A DNA stretch of 64,000 nt. Origin: Pocillopora damicornis. Its lineage: Eukaryota. The notes beneath the pieces were generated by a model. It did no database searches. It had not been told where the DNA came from and saw only the letters and a list, made by a program, of their open reading frames with translations. Location of the stretch: assembly GCF_003704095.1 (NCBI RefSeq), contig NW_020843420.1, forward strand, positions 1-64,000, given 5' to 3'. The first letter of the stretch is position 1; each line of letters starts with the position of its first letter. Position numbers and translations under genes: made by a program. This document shows positions 12,220 through 23,100 of the stretch, piece by piece.

Positions 12220-13600
12220 TTTACTAACATACCTCTTGAGGAGTATGTTGACTTAGCGGTCAATTACATTTCCGAGGGTAATCCCGACATTAAGTTAAAC
12301 AAATCTGAACTTAGAAGCCTCTTCACTACAGTTACCGCCCAGACTCACTTCATATTTAATGGTTCTTTTTATGATCAAATAGATGGCGTAACCATGGGGT
12401 CTCCCCTTGCTCCCGTCTTAGCTAATCTTTTTATGGGACATCCCGAAAAACTTTGGTTGAAAAATTTTCAAGGCTCTACAATTTTATTTTATCGCCGGTA
12501 TGTTGATGATACCTTTTGCTTATTTAACTCAGATCGTGGTGCCACTATATTTTTCGACTGTATCAACTCTAGGCACCCTAACATCAAGTTCATTATGGAA
12601 AAGCAGATTAATCATAAATTACTCTTTTTAGATGTCCTGATTGACAACCATGACCCCAAATTCCTCTCTAACCAGGGTTTACCGCAAGAAAATTTTCACT
12701 GGGTTACCAACTAATTATTTCAGCTTCACCTCGTACTCTCACAAAGTGGGTCTCATTAAGACACACGTTGATAGGGCTTACAAGATTAATAACACCTGGT
12801 TAGGGTTTTACGAGGACATTAACAAACTTACTGATATTCTAAAAAAGAATCTTTTCCCTGCTCATTTAATTGAGAAGATTATAAACCGTTACATCACTGG
12901 GACCCAAAGCAATCATCATCCCCGGGGTTCCCTTCCCACCGCTTCACCTACGTTTTACTTTAGGCTCTATATTGGCCACTTTTCTGCTATCACTCAAAAA
13001 AAGATCCGCCATTTTATTAAGTGCTATTGCAATGACTTAGATATTAAACTGGTTTTCTCTTCCTTCAAAATCGGTAACCCGTTTGGTGTGAAAGACCCTG
13101 TCCCTGATGGGCTCCGTTCACGTGTGGTTTATAAGTTTTTATGTGCTGGCTGTAATGCCTGTTACGTCGGTGAAACCTGCCGGCATTTTTCCATACGTGT
13201 TAGAGAGCACTTAGTCAGTGACAGGGCCTCTTACATTTTCAATCATCTGAAAGATTCTCCACATTGTCGCGCTTTGTGTTCAGCAGATGACTTCCATGTT
13301 TTAGATCACGCCTTCACCAGCTTTCAACTTAAGATAAAAGAGGCTATTCATATTCAAAGAGAACAACCATCCTGGAAGCAACAATTACACCATGTAAATC
13401 CAAACTATTCTTTTAATTCTCACACTTTCATGCTTTACCTCTTTTCTTATAGTCACTATTTATCATAATTAGCATTGTTCTACCTACTATATAACTCAAC
13501 TTCCAACGCTTTGTACAATAATTAACTGAAACATGTTTTACAGACTCAAAAGTTTTGTCGCTTTCTTTAAATTTTTAATTTTTATGACCAGTGAAAATAC
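12220..13600 (+). mobile_element. 5'-truncated, frameshifted Penelope-like retroelement (RT + GIY-YIG endonuclease)
   Basis: In frame from 12220: FTNIPLEE...FNGSFYDQIDGVTMGSPLAPVLANLFM...YRRYVDDTF. Frameshift near 12660, then TRVYRK...VVYKFLCAGCNACYVGETCRHFSIRVREH...KIKEAIHIQREQP (GIY-YIG). Confidence 0.92.
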
Positions 13601-13940
13601 GAAATTGAAACCCAGTGGATTGTGGAAGGTTCAAAAGTTCCTTTGCGCTGCCGCTTAGTGTCCTAATGAAACCAATGTCAAGAAAGAAATTAGTCGTGCT
13701 TGGCCGCATGCGATAATGTCAGTGGTATCCTGTGAAGTGAGTGCTCAACTTCGTCGTTCTCAGGGTCCTCTCTCCTCCTTCCTCGGCAGTGAAAGGAGGC
13801 CTGTGTAACACAACTCGGTCGCGTTTCAAGACTTTCATGATTTAACCTTTGGAAACTTACTCTTTAACCATGTGGGAGCCGAGTAAGGCTTGGGTTACCA
13901 TAATGATGACCGGGAAGGCATGGAACCTAACTATCACCCA

Positions 13941-13953
13941 CTTGCTTAGCAAC
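13941..13953 (+). promoter_or_regulatory. Putative RFX X-box upstream of SPAG17
   Basis: CTTGCTTAGCAAC, with an intact RGCAAC half-site, about 105 nt upstream of the ATG of a ciliary gene. A YY1-like AAAATGGCGG follows at 13967-13976. Confidence 0.5.
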
Positions 13954-14058
13954 CACAACAAACTACAAAATGGCGGGTGAGGTTATGCGATCCTAATCCA
14001 AGTATTTACTTCTGCAGCCGAGAACGTCGTTTCTTTCCCAAAAATTAATGTAAAGAAT

Positions 14059-14602
14059 ATGTCGAAGTCGCGTAGAGGAAAAAGTGCATCGGCTAACGAA
14101 CTAAGTAGATGGGAAACAGAACTGATTCAAGCACCTTTCACTGAGGTGAAAACAATTTAAGTACAGCAAAGTTTAATTTGGATTATCATAGCAATCTCTT
14201 GGCTTTTGTAGTCATCTCCGTCTTTCCCTACTATTGACAACGCTTTCAAGAATTTATTTGTTTTTTCCTTTATAACGAGTCTATCGTTTAATTTTGCTTC
14301 AGGAAACTTGGAGTTCTTGTGTGTTCTTTGTTGTACCAAATAAGGCTGATGATAATGTCTTCATTGAAACTATGTCCGAAGTTGTCGCGACAGGAGTGAG
14401 GAAGTTGTTCAGCATAATAACATATGAAGGTCTTATAAAGGACGTAAGTTGATTTTCATGTTTAGTATAGACAACTCCACCTAGAAGTTTAGATTTGTTA
14501 TGGACTACAAGCCTCACTGGTTTGACTCGTAATGATTCTGTTGATGGGCAGATATGATAGTCCACCTTACATTATGAAAAAAGGGGGTAATTATAAGTTT
14601 CG

Positions 14603-14634
<32 letters not shown>

Positions 14635-17600
14635 TATAACAGGTAATTTAGTGTTATTTACAACTGAGTTGAAAACGTAAATTGGCTACCGTTAAGAGTT
14701 TAAAGCCTTTAAACTCTTTACGTTGGCCAATTTACGTTTTCAACTCAGTTGTTAACACTAAATCACCTGACATTATGTCTCGTGTTGTTTACTAAGGTAA
14801 AAGAATTTGGAAAAGGGCCTGTTACAGGAGGTAAGGGAAAGGGTGCAGCTTCAGCTAAACCACCTCAGTTCCATGAAGTATGTGAGCAAGTGAAACCATT
14901 GGTTGATCAAGGTGAAGTTATACCTCCTACACTGATGGCTAAACTCCTCAAGTTCAAGTTGTTACAAATCAAGCAGAAAGACTTGGAGAGGAGAGAGGAG
15001 GAAAAAAAGGTACCTCATTCTCTCTGCATATTGATACTAGAACCCCAAAGAGCACCAATTCTTTGGCTATGATAGTGACAACTCTCCACCTTTACTTTTT
15101 TTGCTCTTACAATTTAAGGCTGCAAAGGCTGCTGAAGCTGCCAAGAAGGACGAAAAAGGAAAGAAGTCTGGAAGAAGCCCTTCTGCTGGCAAACGATCAA
15201 AATCACCAGGAAAAAAGAAGGGTAAAAAAGAGGCAGACATACCTCCATCACCGAAAAAGGATACAAAACTGAAGAGGAGAGGAGATGTGGAAGATACATT
15301 TAAGACTATTGGTAAGCTACACATTTATAGCAGAGCTCGCAGAGCGTAGCCCCATAATTATACAAAATAGTAGTAACCCATCAAGCTGAAAAAATTTGGA
15401 TGTACGACCGTACAAGGTGCTACTTTTGACATGCGTGGTCAACTGTACCACGGGCATGCCAATGCCACGGCTTTGTTCAGTAGTCCAGTGGTCAGTGCAC
15501 TGGGCTCCGAGTCGGACAACCCGGGTTCTAGTCCTGGCCGGGACAAGTTGTTTGGGAAAAAAAAAGTGCAAGCTCCGCTTTTAGGCTTGGCTAAATCTAT
15601 ATATTATTAATGCACTAATTAGTTTTAAGAAATATGAATAAAGTATAATTAAAGGAGTGAAGAAATAAACATGGTTTTTGAATAACACCCTTAAAGCATG
15701 TAACACCCTGTTGTTTTCATTGGTTTCTCTCATTAAGAATAGCACTTTTGTCCTCAGATGCATGAAGTTAACCTTATAATGACAAGGTGGTATTAAAAGA
15801 TAGTGAAACTTTATGCTTTATTATGCATAAAGAAATACATTGTCAACAGTAGTGTTTCTGTTAATTTTCTTGTAGATGATGAGCCTGATGATGAGGGAAG
15901 CCCTCATCACTATGTATTAATCCAAGGTATCCTCACAGCTTCAGTTATTTCCAATTTGATTGAAGTAGGTGTCAATGTTGATGCACTCATCTGCCTCAAA
16001 GCAGAGAATTATGATAGTCTCACACCCACCACACACCAAAAGGATGAGAACACAGCTGCCAAGGTGAGTTAACAACTGAACAGTAAATATTTACCTAGAC
16101 CACTTTGCATTAGTAGGCAAGCTCTTAAGGTCTTTCATTTGATTAAAGAATTAGGAAATTCTACAATGTTAAAGCAATCCTTCATTTATTATTTTAAGTT
16201 TGCCAAATATGCATTGATATTTGTTGCTATGAGGGTTATTTTAAAAATCAGATTTAAAATGCTGTGAACTGTATTGTTTGAGCCATATTTAGATATTACC
16301 CACATTTCAAGTATTATTTCATATATTCATGTATTCCTTTTAATATAAATTTTTTTAAAAAAAAAAATCAAATTGTGAATCTGCTTGCTAATTGTAAGTA
16401 GCTTTGACTTTCCTTCTCAGTATTCCCCTTTGTGCTAGCTCTGTTAATTTAACCTACGCCCTTTGTCAAGTTTTGTTGCAACATTATGCTCCCCTCTCAT
16501 TGTTAAATATTTTTTTCTTTTATCTACAGCCCAATTTTCTCCTTAATAACCTTGACAAGTAGGAAAGGGGGAAGTTTTTCAGCAACTCTGTAAAGGATTG
16601 TAATTGGGCTCTAATTTTTAAATCTAAATCAAAATTGTTTCAAACCTGAAACATACTGTTAGGGTAACTTTAATGCAGAACTCTCTGGTAAATTTTAGGA
16701 AGATGATGTGGAGTTGTTGGAGAGGGAATTAGTCATGTCAGAGGAGGTTGCTCAAAGGCTGGAACAAGAAGCTTTGATCAAAGCATTTTGGGCTGAATCA
16801 CAAAATATCGTAAAGAAAGCTGCCTCTGGTCACAAGCTCAAAGACGTAGCCAAATATGAAGTTAGAATTAAAGACAGCATCATGCCAAAAAGGAATCTTC
16901 AGGAATTAGAGGCAGAGAAAAAGGCAATTGATTGTAGACTGTTGAATTAATTAATATTGTGGAATAAATGTGAGAATAAGTTTTTTCTTTTGATTCACTG
17001 TGTATCTTTTTCTTATTTAAAAGCAATTATTTTAAATTGTTTGTCTTTTCTTGTTTAAATTGTATCTTTTGGAAAAAATTTTGTTTAAGTTGAGTTGCAC
17101 TGTTGACTCAATGTAATATATATTGTTTTTCTTAATTCATAATTTGTGTTTAAATTACACAGTAAAGTAATTGTTCTGGAACTGATAGAAGTATTACCAG
17201 TACATTACAACATAGTTCAACAGAGATTTATTGTTTGAAAATCTTCACATCAGGTTGAATTTGGAACAGCAATATTTGAGGGTGTAGCTGATGTGTGCTA
17301 CAACATGTTGGATCATTGGGAGCAGTACAAACATTACCTTAACTTGATGAAGTTGATTCATGTTCCTGTACATTTGAAAGCTTCAGCAAGTGCTTTAGTC
17401 ATTCCACCTGCTGCTGACCCCCTAGGGTCACAATCTACTACAGCTAATCAGGGTAAGGACTTCTTTCAAATTTTCTGTTTAATGGTTTTCTTTACATTTT
17501 GATAGCGTGGAAAAACTGTATCTTAGCTTGTTAACTATTTGATGCTGTAGAGTTTTTAAGCCTTTATTACATAAAAATTAAATTGCCTTTTGTGTACTTG

Positions 17601-20060
17601 AGAAATTGTTTCATTAAAGTTTTTCATTTATTGGCTTAGGAAGGGTAGATTCTTGCCAACTTCTTGTAAAAGCTTTTATGTATCTCATGAAAGGGTTCCT
17701 TACTACCTTAACAAAAAAAAGGAATGAATTTTGAGTTTTCTTTGTGACAAAATCCTTTCTTATCATCACAAAACCTCTGTTTAGTAGAGTAGGGCCTGAA
17801 CTGGATGGATTTTTTGACTAAATTACAATAACGTCTCTCTCATTTTTAATTCCATCAGAGTGGAAGATACCTTACATTTCTGGTGAAGAAAATTGACTGA
17901 ATGTGTTTAAAGAACGTGGTCAAAAATCTGTGAAATTGAAAAGCTCCAAGATTTCTTTTTTCATCAAAAGGGGCCTTAATTTTTTCATGTGGCTGTCACA
18001 TTGTTTTCCCTTTTTAAGATTCTGTTACTATTTGTGTGTTTTTGTTTTAGATGGTGGCAGTGCCTCAGTTGTGATAGCAGATGCCGACAAACGCTACTAT
18101 GATCACCTGATTAGCAGTGTACCACCTGAGAGCCACAGTGTTCCTCTTATTCTTCACTGCTTGTTGGAGCAGGTTAGGGTTAGATTTACTGTAGCAATTA
18201 CACTTGCTGAGAACTATATGAAGAGCTGCTGAGCCAAACTCCATGCATGTGCACAATATAATTGATATTGAGTATTCATCCATACAAATGCATAACTTTG
18301 TGCAATGGGATTCATTGAACAGTTGGCAATTAATTCTAATCTCTACCTCTAGCTGTAATAACCCTTTAACTCCCAATATCTCATTCCTAATTCTCCTCAC
18401 TGTCTGCCATAAGTTCTTGTCATGTTAGTTTGGAGAATTTGGTATTGGATCAACTTATAATCCCCTAATTGATATTTTTCTTTGTTCTGATCACTTGTCT
18501 GCTTGATATTGTTTTGATATTATAAGGAGAAATTCTGTCTTGGTCACTCAAGGTAGTTAAAGGGATAAGTTTGCAAACACTTGTAGAAAGTTGTGCAGCA
18601 TTACTGCTGGCAAAGTGTCATAGCTAAACAAATTCATGATGCCTGTTCAGTGGACTGTGCTGGTCATTTACTGGCAGAAACAGAAAAAATAATTAAATTG
18701 GGATGAGAGAATTACATGCTAAGAGCATGCCAGTTGAAATAAAATGGGCAATTGATTTACAAAAATCCTGTGCAATATCCAGATATGATTGGTTTTCTCA
18801 CTAGTATTACATAAAAATGAAATGGTGAAAAGAATGTGATACTATTAATAAGTAAGTGAGTGAGTAAATAGTTTATGAATTTCCTTCTTCCAAAATTAAT
18901 GCAAGCCAAAAACAATTTGTTCCCTGAATCAACAACAAAATATAAATACCAATCTAAAAAATTGTTTGTGTTGCAATTTTCTCTGTTGGTCATTGAACTG
19001 ACATTTTCAGTAGGGGTATCATGTCTATTGATACAGATGAATCATAAAAAAAATGAGATTCACATTGGCTCCTCTCCAAATGAAAAATATTTCATGATAA
19101 TGTCTGAGGATATGTTGTTTATTAGATTATTTGTTATAAAGAACATCATCAATGTCAGGGTGTTATATGTACATGTATCTAATCAGGTTGTTGCAACAGT
19201 TGATGAAACAAATCCACTGGATCAGGTTGTTCCACCAAGACAAGATGGTCTCAGCCACGACCTGGCGGCATATATTTCTTGTAAAACATCTAAATTAGCA
19301 CTGCCAAATGATGGCAAACAGGTAAGGTGTTTGAAGTTTTAAGCCTTTTGCCTGCATGTTGTGAAATGTTATTGTCTAATGTGTAATTGAAACTGCCTTC
19401 AGAGCTCAGTATTAGCCAGATAAATCAGATGTTCAACAAAAAACACAAAATGGTACTATTTGCTAGCATCAAAACCTTTATTTTGTGCTACACCAGTAAA
19501 AAAGTTTCTTTTAGTCAATACACTGACAAAATGCCCCTACCAAAACATAATTTTAGTTGGCTATCACCTTACAACACTAAGTAATCAATCATGCATTTCT
19601 CAAAGGCCCAGCTACTTGTTTGTTGGTTTAGTTCATGAATGTGATGTTCTGAATCTTTAAATTGTCCTCTTTGTATTTTCAAACACACAGTTCAGGTGTC
19701 TTCCTGCATATCCTGCTTGGGGTTATTTGTAGATACAAAACACAAAACTTTTATTGCTAGAAACTGTGTATTTGTATGTGTATATATATATATATATATT
19801 TGTATATGCATGCATGTATGTATGTATGTGTGTATGTATATATATATAAATGAATGAATGTGGGGGTAGAGTCTACCTTGGCATAAAGTGCTCAATGCTG
19901 TGGTAGCAGAGCTAAGTATATATAAGTTAAAGAATTAAAGATGACGCATCGATTCTTTGTGACTCTGAGTTTCATGCCTAAGCGCTTGTCTAAGTCTCGT
20001 CTCGGCTAAGTTCTGTCTGACGAGCGCTTAGGTGCAAAACTCAGAGTCACAGAGAGTCCT

Positions 20061-20121
<61 letters not shown>

Positions 20122-23100
20122 TATCTGGACTTTGATAGACCCAGTTTGTTTCTTTAATACTCTAGGCTATTACTGAGCCTATAGACACTACCAGACCTCA
20201 AAAACTTCATGAATCCCCGGTAATCCTTCAGTATGGTGATGGAATGACATCCCGCCTACATGATCTTGTGCCAGCCAATGGTCTTGACCCACAAGAAGCA
20301 GAAAAGTGCATACTTGATCTCTTTCCTCAAACCTGCCTCAAAGAACTGCCACAACTAGATGGTCAAGACCTTGTGGAGCGTGAAGCAAGAGCTAGTGAGC
20401 TGTATCATTTTTGTAAGTCCAGGATGAGTTCCTCTGACTCTCTGGAGCACATACTGAAGCAATTTGCTTTTGAAGGAATGCTCTTGAAGGTTGCAGATCA
20501 CAATGGAGATGTTGTGGATCTTGAGGAGGTAGATGAATCATTCAAGTTTTATTCAAACCTGTGGGACCACCCTTACAGCAAGCTTAGTGAGTTCCAAGCC
20601 TTAAGATTCCCTAATGAGGACTTAGAGATAAAGAAACTTGCCAACGATTCTTTCCTACTGACATCTTTTCGTAATCTTGACGAGTGGTGTTTTGTGGAAC
20701 ATTTTGATCCAAAAACCATGATACAGGTTAGTGTTGGATATGATCAATACTATATAATTCTTGTTTAAGTTGTGTTCAATAATATTAGGGTAGCTTTACG
20801 CTGTAAACCTTGGCTTCTCTTAGGCTCATTTCTTTGTTCACAGGCTGTTATGTAATTCTGCTAGGGTAGCTTTACACTGTAAACCTTGGCTTCTCCTAAG
20901 CTCATTTCTTTGTTCACAGGCTGCTATGTAATTCTGCTATTTTAGCTTTACAATGTAAACCTTAGCTTCTCTTAAGCTCATTTCTTTGTTCATAGGCTGT
21001 TATGTGATTATTGTAGAGCAAGGATCATGGTTTGTAAGCATGATGATGGAAAAGTAGAGTGGTCGAAATTTTGTTGTTATCTAAGTGTAGAAGCTCAGTT
21101 TTAACAAAAATGCAGAAATAAAAACGTAAAATAGGACAAGTAACAACTACCACTCATATTTCAATAAATATGAGCGGTAGTTATAATGATGATTCTTACA
21201 ATACCTCAAGGAGTCCTTTTCACTACAGACTAAACCCCATTGGTACTGTGGTTGTGTGTGTGTGAGAATTTACACCTGTTACCTCTTGTATCTCAGGTGT
21301 TGGAAGCTGCACGCCTTGCTTATCCATACATGGACACTTACTATCACAAGCGTGACCACACACTATTACTTGCGTTACACAATCCCGTGGGAGCCAGCTG
21401 TGACAGTAGAAGCAAGTTATCCTGGAGCACTAAGCTCCACTCTAATGTGGGCTTCAAAAACTACCTCGAACATGTGGTCAGTTCTATTGGGGACTGGATT
21501 CAAGAACAGGTAAATATACGATAACTAAATAAAATATTTTTGTTTTCATGGTATGGTAATGTGAGGCAAAGTTTGTAGACATCATATTCTGCACAGTGCC
21601 TATGCTCACAAGCTAGTGTTTGGCATTTTGGTCAAATTCAAGGCAAAAACCGTTGACAGAAGTGACTGTGTTATTGCTTTACATGGTGTTATTGTGAGTT
21701 ACCCGAGACATGATCTTTGTTTCCATAACTTAAAAGCTAATTCATCCCTGATGATGCCGTAGAACGGCGAAAGCTCGGAGTGAATAAAGAAAGATCAATA
21801 TCCCACATGTCTCTGAATTGAGGAATCCTTCAAGAAAAAAAATGTTCAATGCGTCAAAAAAATTAGAAAAGGGGAAAAAAAAAATGTTGTAGAGATGTTC
21901 TTGGTTTTATTTTTTAATGAACCGTAATAAAAAAAATATTCCGTAAACAACACAACAGGAAAGAATTCGAGAAGAAGCAGCCAGAACACCTACTCCTCCC
22001 CCACCGGCTCCAGAACAACCGAGCGTTCCCCTGAAGATTGGCAGTCGGTATGGTCTAATGACCCGACAGGAAGTGGCTCTCATAAAGGCAGAAGAAGAGG
22101 AGAAAAACAAAAAGAAAGGAAAAAAGAGCGCGCGGGGGTCCCGAAGTCCAAAGAGAAGTGCAAAGACTCGCGAGAAGAGTGCTTCGCCCGAGAAGAAGGA
22201 CGACAAAGGTTAACCGTCTTACGAACATTTTATAACTGTTTTATACAAACACTTCTATTCACTCCAAGCTGCAAGTAGTTTTGTTTGGTTGCTAAGATGA
22301 ATTAGACTTAAACTGTGAGTATAAAGCAAAGATAAAAACAAACAGCCAGTGGGGCAGTTCTTAAAGGTGTAGTGTTAAAACAAAATACACTCTTTAATGT
22401 AACCGCAGCTCACCGAGGTGCGTGCAGCATTGACTCCGAAAGAAGAAAGCCAGTTTTTTTCCAGTTTATAAACCAAGGGATATTCGAGTGTTGTTGTTCT
22501 AAGCGTTACATTTTATAACTGCTTGTTTGCGTCTGGGTTTACTCGCAGATAAGAAGAGAGATGGGTCAGCGTCTAGTCGGCAGAAATCGGCGACGGGTCG
22601 AAGTCCTTCCGCAAAAGGCTCTCGTTCTATCAAAAGCGCCACAAGCAAAAGAGGGCTCCAAAGCCGGTCACGCTCAGGGGATTTGGAGGAGCCTGAGATA
22701 CAACCCGTGGATGAACCTGTCGAGAAATCTTATAGTTTCATTGGTTATGACACAGGAGATAATTTGATTCACGTGTCCGGGTCTTTAATGACAGTTTTCC
22801 CGGCTGACGGTGGTCAAATACAGGTTAACAAGAGCCAGTATGTCCAGGGAGCCAGAAAAGTTTCCACGTCTGTGTTTAAAGATGGTAATATGTTTGTGCT
22901 TCATTTCTTGGAACCTATCGATGAGATTCTGACAAAAGAAGAGCTGGAGGGTTTAGAAGAAAAGGATGATTTGCGGATAGATAAGAATGAGAAAGAAGAA
23001 TATAAGAACGATGAGCTGGAAAAAAGCGAAATTGAAGCTTCTGAGAAAGAACAACAAAAAATCCCAAAGGGTCCAAAACCGTTTTGTGATTTCAGCTCCT

